Part shown: in pieces, positions 38,004 through 48,599 of the stretch
Numbering within the stretch: position 1 is the stretch's first letter
Layout of the letters: every line of letters begins with the position of its first letter
Origin: Paramoeba atlantica
Lineage: Eukaryota > Protista > Discosea
Reading direction: 5' to 3'
NCBI GenBank assembly: GCA_977017575.1
Contig: CDRNVI010000015.1
Coordinates: 494,533 to 558,532 of the forward strand
DNA length: 64,000 nucleotides
The notes under the pieces: generated by a model
The model's input: the letters and a program-made list of their open reading frames with translations, nothing else
The model's database searches: none
Told to the model about the DNA's origin: nothing
Program-made: the position numbers and the translations under genes

Positions 38004-40436
38004 ATGTCGCCCACAACTGCATCTCATGAAAAGGCGTCCGCAGAGTACACTATGCTTTTCGGTACGTTTTCTATCCATCCGAGCACTATTCAAAGCTTCT
38101 TATGGACCGTATCACTTCTGGGTATATCCTTTGCTGTCTACGTCGCGTATGCGTTTCGTCTTAAAGCTATCACAGAGTATGGCGCAGTCATTCACGAATT
38201 CGACCCGTACTTCCATCGCAGAGCGACAGAATATTTACTAGAACACGGCTGGGACAAGTTCTTTACGTGGTATGATTACCTCTCATGGTACCCGCTTGGT
38301 AGACCCATAGGCACGACCATTTATCCGGGCTTGCAAATAACTGCCGCTGTCCTGTATCGTATTTTACAGCGTTTTGGTGGCAATTGGGCTATGACGGTCA
38401 ATGAGGTGTGCTGCTATTTACCTGCGTGGTTCGGTTCCCTTGCCACTGTACTGATGGCGTTGTTGACGTATGAGTGCTCCGGTTCACTCCTTTCCGCCGT
38501 ATTTGCATCTCTTATTTTCTCAATTTTGCCTGCTCACTTAATGCGTACTGTAGGTGGCGGTTTTGACAATGAAGCCATTGCGATTAGTGCAATGATAGCG
38601 ACTTTCTATTGTTGGGTTCGTTCTCTACGGGAAACTACTCGCAGCTGGGTGTACGGAATAGCAACTGGACTTTGCTACGGGTACATGGTGGCCGCCTGGG
38701 GAGGATTTATCTTTGTCTTGAATATGATCTCACTACATGCTATGGTCGTTGTTTTCATCGACTGGCTACGAGGTGTCTACGATCGTCGCGTTTTCCTAGC
38801 CTATTCGCTGTATTGCTTTATTGGCACCTTTTTGGCCACCTGTGTTCCTCCTGTTGGGGTAATGCCCTTCAAGTCACTGGAGCAGATAAGCAGTCTTGTC
38901 GTCTGGTGTCTTCTTGCCACGCTTCACTTAAGCGAGTACGAGCGTCAGCGTCGGGATATCCCTATTCAATCGTTTCGGTGCGTTCGGCTTCGGTTCAAGT
39001 ACAGCATCGCGTTGTCGTTTGCGGTTATGGCTGTTTTCGTGGTACTTTTACCCAGCGGATATTGGGGACCTATCAGCTCTCGTGTCCGTGGGCTCTTTGT
39101 GGCTCACATGAAGACGGGTAACCCGCTTGTCGACTCCGTAGCGGAGCATCAACCCGGGACTCCGGACGCCTTCTGGGGTTTTCTTCATATTGTTTACTAC
39201 CTTGCCCCGTGGGGCTTCGTGGTGATGTTCCACCATCCACTACGGCAGTCCAGTTTTCCTCCTATTTTGTACCTAGTCGTGCAATTCTTTGCTTTGACGA
39301 TGTCTCGCTTACTCATTCTAGCATCGATACCCCACGCCTTATTGGGCGGAATTGCATTAGGACTCACTATCGAAAGTTTACTAGAGGATGCTTGTATCCC
39401 ACTCGCTCATTTGTCTCCTACGACACCACATCGTAGAAACGAAAGAAAATCGATGGGACGCAAGAGTTCTTCCTCTGCCTTTGCGAATTTTTCAGGTTGG
39501 TTATTTCACTGGAGGTCACCCACGTGGCGCAAGATCCGTGGAGCTCTTTTCTTTCTTTTTCTCTTTCACGTCCTAAGCGGTGCAAGATCTTTTGTGCGAC
39601 ACGCGGAAAAAATGAGAGATACCATCTCCCACACTTCGCTTGTTTTTAAACACCGGGAAGGGGAACAGGAAACCGTAATTGATGATTACCGAGACGGGTA
39701 TGAGTTCCTGCGCACGGAGACCCCTGCAGATTCCCGTATCCTGGCCTGGTGGGATTACGGTTACCAAATCGCCGGCATGGGGAATCGCACAACCTTAGCC
39801 GACGGTAACACATGGAACCACGAGCACATCGCAATGGTCGGCCGCTGCCTGACTGCTCCTGTGGCCCAAGCCCACCGTATGATACGGCACCTGGCGGATT
39901 ACGTCCTCGTGTGGTCCGGGGGCGGGGGCGATGATCTCGCAAAGGCCCCGTGGATGGCTCGTATTGGAAACAGCGTGTATCGGGATATTTGTCCCAATGA
40001 CCCCCTTTGTGAGAAATTTGGATTTTACCCGAAAGAGGGGATTATGGAGTGGTCACAGGCGGATCCCACACCCATGATGGCGAAGTCATTGCTTTATAAC
40101 CTGCACATGGCAGATCGACGTCCTGGGGTGGGTCCTGACCCGGAACTTTTCGAGGAGGTGTTTCGCTCCAAATATGGATTGCTACGCATTTTTAAAGTGA
40201 TGAATATTAGTCAAGAAAGTAAAGACTGGGTAAGAGATTCTAAAAACCGCATTTGTGACCCTCCGGGAAGTTGGTTATGCGCCGGTCAGTACCCTCCGGC
40301 GGAAGAACTTCAAGAGGTATTGCGTAAAGCTATTAATTTTAAACAGCTTGAGGATTTCAACCGAAAGCAGATGGAACAACAAGACAATTTTGGCGAGCAG
40401 TATCATAGACGTAGTGTGCACGAGAAGCTTATATAG
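38004..40436 (+). CDS. STT3: Oligosaccharyltransferase catalytic subunit STT3 (trypanosomatid type)
   Basis: IHEFDPYF, WYPLGRPIGTTIYPGL, GGFDNE, SVAEHQP, WWDYGYQ, ADGNTWNHEHIA, CDPPGSWLCAGQYPPA. Confidence 0.97.
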   Translation: MSPTTASHEKASAEYTMLFGTFSIHPSTIQSFLWTVSLLGISFAVYVAYAFRLKAITEYGAVIHEFDPYFHRRATEYLLEHGWDKFFTWYDYLSWYPLGRPIGTTIYPGLQITAAVLYRILQRFGGNWAMTVNEVCCYLPAWFGSLATVLMALLTYECSGSLLSAVFASLIFSILPAHLMRTVGGGFDNEAIAISAMIATFYCWVRSLRETTRSWVYGIATGLCYGYMVAAWGGFIFVLNMISLHAMVVVFIDWLRGVYDRRVFLAYSLYCFIGTFLATCVPPVGVMPFKSLEQISSLVVWCLLATLHLSEYERQRRDIPIQSFRCVRLRFKYSIALSFAVMAVFVVLLPSGYWGPISSRVRGLFVAHMKTGNPLVDSVAEHQPGTPDAFWGFLHIVYYLAPWGFVVMFHHPLRQSSFPPILYLVVQFFALTMSRLLILASIPHALLGGIALGLTIESLLEDACIPLAHLSPTTPHRRNERKSMGRKSSSSAFANFSGWLFHWRSPTWRKIRGALFFLFLFHVLSGARSFVRHAEKMRDTISHTSLVFKHREGEQETVIDDYRDGYEFLRTETPADSRILAWWDYGYQIAGMGNRTTLADGNTWNHEHIAMVGRCLTAPVAQAHRMIRHLADYVLVWSGGGGDDLAKAPWMARIGNSVYRDICPNDPLCEKFGFYPKEGIMEWSQADPTPMMAKSLLYNLHMADRRPGVGPDPELFEEVFRSKYGLLRIFKVMNISQESKDWVRDSKNRICDPPGSWLCAGQYPPAEELQEVLRKAINFKQLEDFNRKQMEQQDNFGEQYHRRSVHEKLI

Positions 40437-40714
40437 ACACTTCACTCTAAGTGCATGTATACCGTTAGAGATTTGGATTTTTAACTTACTCGCTTTAAAA
40501 GCTTGTATTTAGCGAATCACCTGACCGAAAAGGTTTTCTTTAGCGGAGTGCTTAATGTCGCTTGCTTTGTGTTTTTTCTTAAATGTCAGAACGCATTTCT
40601 TTACACATGCACGCACGTTATAATTATTTAAGACTCTGTACAGAATTCCAAAAAAGTACATTCTTACCATTCTGATTTCGGATACATCCCCCTTATTTTT
40701 ACATTACTTATAAA

Positions 40715-41479
40715 ATGAATCGCCGCTTCTTATCCGTGTTGACTCGAGGCGCAGCTTCACGTCTTTCGTCCACCACAAGCAGCAGGTTTACTACCCCTCT
40801 CAGCACCGTTTCGATTTCCCAAACGGGTGTTCTACATGCATTTCGCAATCAAAGCTCTTCTCCCGGGAACAACCGCGGACAATTGGGAACACAATCCGTT
40901 GGGCGTTCTACCCCCATGTGTGAATGGTCACGCATTCACGAGACGGACCCCTCTCAAGGCTTTCTCTTCCGCTCAGTGTATCAAAACGGAAACGTCCACC
41001 TTCTCTACTTCCCCCAGAATATTACTCGAGACCAGAAGCGAGCGAACTCGGAGCGTCGCCCGGACGGCTCCAGTCCACTCATGTCCGCGTTCTCCTTGGT
41101 TGACAAAATTAAGCGTATCAATCTCATCCTTCCTACTCCTTTTATTTGTCGACTTCTTGCGGTGCTCGAGGGCACTCTTCCTTCGGTGACGCTAGCGACG
41201 CGCTCCACGCAAGGAACTTTCTCCGGTGATCTCTCCAAGTTTACTTTTCAGCTCTCATGCAGCTCTGTGTATCCGGATGGGACTGAACTTAGCTGGAAGA
41301 TGGACTTCGACCCCGGTGAGTCGATAATGCTGCAGCGCTTTCTGATGATGGCTTTGGAGAGAAATTTTGGGTTTGAAAAGTATAAAGAGGTTCAGCGTAC
41401 ATTACGCCCGGGCCGTTCTTCTCCCCGAACACCTAAGCCCGAAGCGAACAAGTCAGAAGAATCCGACACAGAGCATTAG
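40715..41479 (+). CDS. MRP1: Mitochondrial guide-RNA-binding protein MRP1 (gBP21)-like
   Basis: Mitochondrial-type presequence; HETDPSQGFLFR, LP..FICRLLAVLEG, TFQLSCSS, W..DFDPGESIMLQRFL match my recollection of MRP1. Confidence 0.8.
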   Translation: MNRRFLSVLTRGAASRLSSTTSSRFTTPLSTVSISQTGVLHAFRNQSSSPGNNRGQLGTQSVGRSTPMCEWSRIHETDPSQGFLFRSVYQNGNVHLLYFPQNITRDQKRANSERRPDGSSPLMSAFSLVDKIKRINLILPTPFICRLLAVLEGTLPSVTLATRSTQGTFSGDLSKFTFQLSCSSVYPDGTELSWKMDFDPGESIMLQRFLMMALERNFGFEKYKEVQRTLRPGRSSPRTPKPEANKSEESDTEH

Positions 41480-42041
41480 GTGAAGTGATGAACTTTTAAA
41501 CTTGAAAGTAGTGATGAACTTGAAAGACAACACATATTGATTCATTGTAGTGTATCGAAGGAGCATCATTATTTCAAAAACAAATACATGCATTCATGAT
41601 GTACATCCCGGGTCTGATGAGTATAAACGCTTCTATATACTTTATGAAATTCTTTTATGAAATAGGTGAACTTGTTAGGTTGGTTTTCTTATTAAAGCGG
41701 TGAGAATCTAGGCCTTTTTCGCAAATAATTGAACTCTCTACTGCGAATGTTTAACTACGGACTTTAAAGTTTTATGAGTCACACTGAAAAGTATTATGAG
41801 TCTGAATATCATGACTGCTCTTATGAGTTTGTTTAGGCTGCGATAGAATATAATATTACTATTCCTTATTTAAAAAAGGCACGTGTATCACTTAATATAG
41901 CCAATTCCATATTATACTGCATCTAAAGAAAATTTGGAGAGCTCGATGAATGTAGCTAAATCCATGTATAGAAATGGTAAGCAGGCGTCTTTACAAACAA
42001 TATAGCGATTAGAATAATTTTAATTGCTTCTACAACTTAAC

Positions 42042-42980
42042 ATGACTCACTCGTCTAATCCAATTTTGGAATTCGAAATGATTTTACCATCCTCTGATGA
42101 GATTATCGCCGCATCCCGTTTATGTGGCATCCGGGTTACCGCACCCCAAATACAGTCTTTTAATACAGTTAGCTTACTCAATGAAACTATCGACGAAACT
42201 AAGGATCGAATTGAAATAGAACTAAGACAAGATGTTGCTCCAAAATCAGTTGATTATATTATTTCGGCAGCGCGTGATGGTTTATTTCGAGGTCCCAAGG
42301 CTTGTTATCGGTTAGATCACGGAGCTAATGTGGTAAGAATCGGTTCTCCCCTTACACCTAATGGATATCCTTCATCTATTCCGAATGAAGTCACTGATTG
42401 GCATCCGGATACGGACTATTTGGTAACGCTTGCCAAAATAGGTCCGGACCGAAATATCTCTCAAATTATGGTTATTCGAAAGCAGACATTGAGCTTGCGC
42501 CAATATGTAACAATCGGGAGAGTTGTGCAAGGCACTACTCTTCTAGATAAAATTTTCACGATGCCGCGATTTTCTGACGGAAATTTTATTTGCCCTGTTG
42601 GGGTGAGACAATGCAACGTTCTTTTTCCTCAGGACAAAACAGAATTTAGAAAACGTGGGAGAACATATGCATCGAATGATTGCTTGGAAGGTACTCAAGA
42701 AAATACTCACGTAGGGGAACATCCAGATTTGGATGCCTCAGAATATTCATATAAAAGATTGAGGAATGCTGGTGGTGAAAAAGTTGAGATTTACCGGCCA
42801 CGCTCGCCCTCACTTCCTCTTCAAGTAGAAGGCATGTCTGAAATGCGTACACTGTTACGAAATCATGTAAATGCTTTGAAGCGCAGACGTCGAAAGGTCG
42901 GAAAGCGTTCTTCTGTACATTCTGGGATGAAGCGTGGTTTTCAGATTCTGAGGCAAAGGAGAAAAATGAAAGGAAAATAA
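42042..42980 (+). CDS. Degenerate cyclophilin-like protein with basic C-terminal tail
   Basis: RIEIEL..DVAPKS, LVTLAKIGPDRNISQ, YVTIGRVVQG..LLDKI; canonical FHRII..FMIQGGD is eroded; KRRRRKVGKR tail. Confidence 0.68.
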   Translation: MTHSSNPILEFEMILPSSDEIIAASRLCGIRVTAPQIQSFNTVSLLNETIDETKDRIEIELRQDVAPKSVDYIISAARDGLFRGPKACYRLDHGANVVRIGSPLTPNGYPSSIPNEVTDWHPDTDYLVTLAKIGPDRNISQIMVIRKQTLSLRQYVTIGRVVQGTTLLDKIFTMPRFSDGNFICPVGVRQCNVLFPQDKTEFRKRGRTYASNDCLEGTQENTHVGEHPDLDASEYSYKRLRNAGGEKVEIYRPRSPSLPLQVEGMSEMRTLLRNHVNALKRRRRKVGKRSSVHSGMKRGFQILRQRRKMKGK

Positions 42981-43688
42981 AAAAATTCTTCGTTCGGTTT
43001 GGTCTGGCACTTAAGGCTTAATACCTACATGTATGGAGGCTTTACATATGGATTGGTAAAATACGGTATCGGAAGAAGGAAGAAGACGCAAGTACAAATT
43101 CAAAATGCGCTAGTACACTATAAGCGTATTTTATGTTTTATGTTTATTATTCTACCCTCTGATTCCCTATAAATTTTATATTAGCAAACAACAGTGTATT
43201 ATATAACAAACAACTATAATGGTTGTTTGTTGAAATTTATCAGAGCCATAATGCGGCCCGTCTGGAAAACAGGTCAGCAGTGGTTGGGTTACATAGTAGA
43301 ATACGTCAGCTAAAAGTTTCCTTAATGTACATGTACATTGTATCTTAAGATACATGTTCTAAAGATACATGTACATGTATCTTCCTTCAGCCATATTTTA
43401 GCCGCTTTCACAAGACAGTCACAGAGTGAACTACCGTAATGGAGTTACTTCATTAAGAGAATAGCAACTTTTTACTTAATATCCGCGTATCTTCAATTTC
43501 ACTATTCTGCCGAATAGTATGTATCTACCGTAGAAACGGAAATTAATGAAATGTAGAAATAAGAAAACTATAATTAAGGAAATAATTTCGTGCCACTGAC
43601 TTTTTCTCCTTCTTGCTTTTTTCTCCTCATTGTTAGCTTTTTGTTAGTTTGTAGTCAAGAAACAGAAGGGTTTATCCTCCGTTATTTA

Positions 43689-46600
43689 ATGAAATCTCAA
43701 TACCACACCGTAATTCTGGAGGATATTCCAGTGCGCTTCCCTTTTGAGCCATATCCTGTGCAAATTGAATATATGCGTTCCGTTATACGCACTTTAAATG
43801 CCTCGCAGGAACACGCGCACGCTGCATTAGAAAGTCCAACTGGTACAGGTAAAACTCTTTCACTTCTTTGCTCTGTTTGTGCATGGCTTTTGTGGAGCCG
43901 GAAAAAAGAGAGGACAACAGAAAACTTATCCTCCTTTTCTACGTGCAAAATTATTTACACCACGCGAACTCATTCGCAAGTATCTCAGGTAATGAGAGAG
44001 TTTAGACGTTGTGGCTATGAGAAAGAACTGCAAAGTTGTGTCTTGGGTTCTCGTGAGCAATTGTGTGTTCATTCATCTATTCGCGAGTTGAAGGGTCACA
44101 CTTTACGTGCCGCTTGTGCGAATGCCCGTGCTGTGCGATCTTGTCGTTTTAGTAATCATACTCCTTCAACTCCTTCTCCTTCTCAAGGGCGAGTCATGGA
44201 CATGGAAGATCTCTGTCGCGAAGGTCTATCCACTCCTTATTGTCCTTATTTTTATACCCGAGAAAAAGTATTGCCTACAGCTGATATAATATTTTGTCCT
44301 TACAATTATGCCTTAGATCCCTCGGTGATGACGCAGGATCTGCAGCTAAAAGGCAATATTCTGATAATTGATGAGGCCCACAATTTACCTTCAGTATGTC
44401 TGTCGACCACCAGTATTGAAATTGCGACTACTGACATTGCTGTGGCTATGGGAGATACTTCGAAAGCAATAGAATGTTTGGAGCAAAGTTCTACGACTCC
44501 CGAAGACTCATCGGATTTGCCTCCTGGTGACGAATCTCGTACAGAGGACGTGATGCAAGAACTAATAGTTCTACGAACACTTTTGTATAATCTGCAGAAT
44601 GAACTTGAAGCTCTGCCGCTAGAACTTCATAAAGATACTAACAGTTATGTTTACCTAAAATCCGGGGAACATGTATATTCGTTTCTATCTAAACTAAGCA
44701 TCACGTTCTCTACCGCTCAATTGTTCTTAGAACAAGTTGAGCACACAATGGAGCTCGCTATCTCAGGAAAAGAAAAAAAGGGCCTTTTAGGGTCATGTCA
44801 AGGATTGCAGACAGTTCTCGATTTTATTAAAGTAATCTTTCCACGTTTGAAGGATCGTACATCGCAGGACGTTGAAAATAATTTTAAGAGATCTTACAAT
44901 ATGGTCGTACAGGCCGTTTCAGGGGTTGCCGGAACAAAGCGTCTGCTTTCCCTTTGGTGTCAAGATTGTAGTATGTGCATGCAACAAGTTCACACAAAGA
45001 CAAGGAATCTTCTCATAACTAGTGGCACGCTTACTCCGATTGATTCCTACACGAATGAACTTGGCATTCCTTTCCACACTATATTACAGGGCCCTCATTT
45101 TATTTCTTCTAGTCAAATATGTGCTTCGATTTGCAACGTTTCCGGGTGCGGTACAAGACTCAATGGAAATTATCAGAATCGTTCCAATGCCGATTATCAA
45201 ATGGGTATTGGAACCTGCATTGTGAATTTATGCCGTATTATTCCAGACGGTATTCTTGTCTTCTTTCCCTCATATAGTTTTATGCAACAATTGTTGGAAT
45301 CTTGGCAAAGTCGTAACTGTGAAATATGGTCAACGTTAGCAAAACATAAACATGTTTTTGTTGAGCCTCGCACGACAACAGAGACTAGAAATGTTGTGCA
45401 AAAATTTCAGCTTACCATAGATAACAGCATAGCGGATGTGAAGACCAAAGGTGCCGTTTTATTTGCAGTTTGTCGAGGGAAAATTTCTGAAGGCGTTGAT
45501 TTTTCAGACCGACATGGGCGTAGCGTTATCATCATTGGTATACCGTATGCTAGTCGCAATGATTTAAATATCTTTCTGCGTCGAGAATATTTGGATAAAT
45601 GTTCCCGTGATCGCACAAACAATAGCACGAATTTTCTTACAGGGGAAGTATGGTATCGGCAGGAGGCCTTGCGCGCCGTTAATCAAGCGATGGGCCGCGT
45701 CATAAGGCATAAAGATGACTACGGTTCAATAATTCTCTTGGATGAGCGTTTTAAGAATCAGACAAGAAGTCTCAGCAAATGGATTCAACCTTTTTTGGCA
45801 ACGTATGATAATTTTATTGACTGTCAAAGGGCTAATGCAACTTTCTTTTCTTCAAGAGAGCCTTCTAATGCAACGTTCCGTCACTCGGATATTGCTGTTT
45901 CACAAACAGAAACTAAATTACCATCCATTTTTCCGTCCTCTGCTAGCGCTGCATTCGAATATGAACTTTTAACCGCACGTGATGGTGTTTCCGAGTCCAG
46001 TATCAATGAATTCCGTTCGAAATCAACGGAAAACATTGCTGGCGAATCAATTGAATGGCTTTCCGGCACACGGTCACATCCTCAAAAAGTGTTTCCGAGA
46101 AGGCCATGTTCCGCAGAAACTCGTCAACGTACGGAATGTTCCTCAAAGCGAATGTCCTCGGAATCCTTTATTGATATTGACGCACTACCCCCCGCTTTTC
46201 GGAAATCTGATTCTGTTCCCCTTCTCTTCGGAGTCGTACCCACCGAAGACATCATCGATGCACAGACCACTAGTGCCACACTAGATACCTGCGTAAAGAA
46301 TGAAAATAAGCTTCCGGAAAGAAAAAATATTCAAATCACAAATAAAATTTCTTCTCAAAATCATATTCAGGTAGCAACTGCACCAGAGTTAGAAGCGTTT
46401 TTTAATCAAGTACGGATATACCTTAGTGGGGAATCTTCTTCATCTTATGGTCTATTCAAACGCATCTTGCAATCACTGGGTACTTTACGTTCGTGTGATG
46501 CAACCAACACTTTTAGAAACTTTTGCAAAGATCTGTACAATGTATTACATGGAGAAACTGAGACCGGACAAGATTTCTTGCGCAAAGTCCGAGATCTTAT

Positions 46601-46691
46601 CATTCCAAAACCATTACGATCTAAATTTACTGAAGCCGCACCAGTACATTTGGCTAAGTTTCGTAAAACACGTCATATTGACATTCGCTGA
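43689..46691 (+). CDS. RTEL1: RTEL1-like Fe-S DNA helicase (XPD/FANCJ family)
   Basis: FPFEPYPVQ, ALESPTGTGKTLSLLC, YTTRTHSQ, four Fe-S Cys, IIDEAHN, TSGTLTP, AVCRGKISEGVDFSD, AVNQAMGRVIRHKDDYG; ATG 43689. Confidence 0.88.
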   Translation: MKSQYHTVILEDIPVRFPFEPYPVQIEYMRSVIRTLNASQEHAHAALESPTGTGKTLSLLCSVCAWLLWSRKKERTTENLSSFSTCKIIYTTRTHSQVSQVMREFRRCGYEKELQSCVLGSREQLCVHSSIRELKGHTLRAACANARAVRSCRFSNHTPSTPSPSQGRVMDMEDLCREGLSTPYCPYFYTREKVLPTADIIFCPYNYALDPSVMTQDLQLKGNILIIDEAHNLPSVCLSTTSIEIATTDIAVAMGDTSKAIECLEQSSTTPEDSSDLPPGDESRTEDVMQELIVLRTLLYNLQNELEALPLELHKDTNSYVYLKSGEHVYSFLSKLSITFSTAQLFLEQVEHTMELAISGKEKKGLLGSCQGLQTVLDFIKVIFPRLKDRTSQDVENNFKRSYNMVVQAVSGVAGTKRLLSLWCQDCSMCMQQVHTKTRNLLITSGTLTPIDSYTNELGIPFHTILQGPHFISSSQICASICNVSGCGTRLNGNYQNRSNADYQMGIGTCIVNLCRIIPDGILVFFPSYSFMQQLLESWQSRNCEIWSTLAKHKHVFVEPRTTTETRNVVQKFQLTIDNSIADVKTKGAVLFAVCRGKISEGVDFSDRHGRSVIIIGIPYASRNDLNIFLRREYLDKCSRDRTNNSTNFLTGEVWYRQEALRAVNQAMGRVIRHKDDYGSIILLDERFKNQTRSLSKWIQPFLATYDNFIDCQRANATFFSSREPSNATFRHSDIAVSQTETKLPSIFPSSASAAFEYELLTARDGVSESSINEFRSKSTENIAGESIEWLSGTRSHPQKVFPRRPCSAETRQRTECSSKRMSSESFIDIDALPPAFRKSDSVPLLFGVVPTEDIIDAQTTSATLDTCVKNENKLPERKNIQITNKISSQNHIQVATAPELEAFFNQVRIYLSGESSSSYGLFKRILQSLGTLRSCDATNTFRNFCKDLYNVLHGETETGQDFLRKVRDLIIPKPLRSKFTEAAPVHLAKFRKTRHIDIR

Positions 46692-47028
46692 ATTCCGGTG
46701 TCCCAGATTCATATTAATGTTTGATGTGAAGGGGGGCTCGTTTATTGTTAACAATAATTAATTTCGGTTTTTTCGCGTGACTTCCGATTTTTTTTTTCCC
46801 TATGTCATATTTTGTAGTGTTCAGGATAAGGAAAATGGTGCGCTTAACGATATTATTGAAACAATATTATTCAAACAACAGACTTTCAGTCGCCCGACAA
46901 TGGCAGCCTCCAGAGATAAACCGTTGAGAAGGCAAGTAAACGGTACTTCACGGACATCGCATTTCGATTTACATAATTCAGTTTTGGATGAAACTGGGTG
47001 GCAATGGATGGCAATTGAAAACTGCGTA

Positions 47029-47282
47029 CCGTTTACCCCCCAGTAATAGACCCTCTCCAGTAACAGATTTGGCCATTTTTGGGTTAACCCCCAGTAACAG
47101 AGATTAGGCTGGGGAGGGTGGTTGGAAGAGGGGGTGTTTGGGCGTGTGGGGGTGGCTGGGCGGGGTGAGGGTGGTTGCGCGGGAGCGAATGGCGTAGTTG
47201 CGGGGTTTTCTGGGCAGAAAATCAACGCACCCATGAACAAAAGCGGTACTTTACCACCAAAAAAGCATACCCCCCAGTAACA
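47029..47282 (-). mobile_element. Partial, inverted relative of the 25304-25615 MITE, containing a G-quadruplex tract
   Basis: TA CCGTTTACCCCCCAGTAA end; CCAGTAACAGATTTGGCCATTTT and AAAAGCATACCCCCCAGTAA are reverse complements of motifs at 25343-25385; G-tracts at 47111-47171. Confidence 0.7.
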
Positions 47283-47736
47283 AGAATTAGTCCACGTTCG
47301 TTGACAGTCGGATTTACTGTCAACGAAGTGGCAGCCAATTGGTTGACCCGTCAACGAAGTAGAGACGTACCCGATTTTTGCGTATATTTGCTCTCAGAGC
47401 ACTAAATTCGACGTTTGCGTGTGGGAAATCACTCGTACGCATGAATTCAAGGCTACAGAACGTATTGGGTAGAGAATGCGACTCCAACCATACCATTCTT
47501 CCGACCCAAAAAGACCCCTTGGGGTCCAAAAATTACGTTTTCCCATTTTTTGGTCAAAAATGGGTCATTTTGGGAGGCGTACCACGGCTTCAAGAAGCGA
47601 CATCTCGCGAAGACAATGTCGTAGAAAGCTAGAATACGTCCCAAACTATCAAAATACAATAGTCGGAACAATTTTGGAAGAATATTTTTTTTACCATTTT
47701 TTTCGTCAAGTTGAAAATTTTTTCTAAACAAAATTT

Positions 47737-48123
47737 CCGAAAAAATCCGAACTTGACGGGCCCGTCCTGCGCATACGAGGTTGGGTCACCCCCGGGTAAT
47801 GTGGTGGAAAATGCGCGCCAAGACCCCGGCTACCCCTTCTGCGCTTTTTATTTTCGAAAAATATTTTTTTCGAAAAACATTCGTGCGGTATGCCCCCCCC
47901 TGGACCACGCCGCCCTGGACCCCCCCTGGACCCCCCAAGGGTCCGATTTTTTTTTGAAAATTTTTGGACCACCGGAGCCCATTTTGTATATTTTTCTTCT
48001 ATCATATTACTGTGTTCCTTTTTATATCTTCACTGTTTTTGTTCATTTTTTTTTCAATAATCGAGGGTAGAGCGGTAGACCAACCACCGCAATTTTAATT
48101 ACCTTTAATTGAAGTTTCTCCGG
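47737..48123 (+). repeat. Dispersed repeat family X, copy B (uninterrupted, about 390 bp)
   Basis: Contiguous match to 35061-35276 plus 36142-36260. Confidence 0.85.
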
Positions 48124-48127
48124 TATA

Positions 48128-48178
48128 TAATTATTAGTATTCATTAATTATTAGTATTCGTTAATTATTAGTATTCAC
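48128..48178. repeat. 17-bp tandem repeat x3 (TAATTATTAGTATTCRY)
   Basis: Units at 48128, 48145 and 48162. Confidence 0.9.
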
Positions 48179-48599
48179 TTCTTCAACATGATTATTTCTA
48201 GTTATTAAAACCAACCATTGACTTTCGATCATGATAAACATAATATTTGTATGAATCGTTTTCGGTATTTTCGCAATGTTTTGGATAAATACCTTTTAAC
48301 TCTTAAAGCTTAAATCTTTTCCTACGCTGCAGTTTGTACGCTGCAGTTGCTCAAAAAAAAGTAGGCTGCTGTTCTACGACTATTGTAAAGTAGTCGTTAA
48401 TTGTTTTTCGTTAATCAACGCGTTTACGAAGCATAGCGCATTTATTTAGTTACTAACTAATAGTTAGTGTTTTAGCTTCTCGCATCGTCATAGTCAATCA
48501 TAAGTTGACATGTGCATAATCATTTTTTCTCACGAAGAGATTAATATATTGTCATTATTTTGTTTTTACTTTATCGTAGATCATTATTGGGAACGCGAT

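Noticed and set aside
41485-41617. Possible box C/D snoRNA (GTGATGA at 41485 and 41511, CTGA at 41614)
   Set aside because: No terminal stem or recognisable rRNA complementarity; the two C boxes are explained by a local duplication
41614-41650. Hammerhead-like CTGATGAG...GAAA
   Set aside because: Stem II does not abut GAAA (2-5 extra bases), and I could not find stems I and III
46935-46946. GTAAACGGTA as the partner TIR of the 47029 end
   Set aside because: It faces outward (lies left of the left-type end) and has only 10 bp of identity
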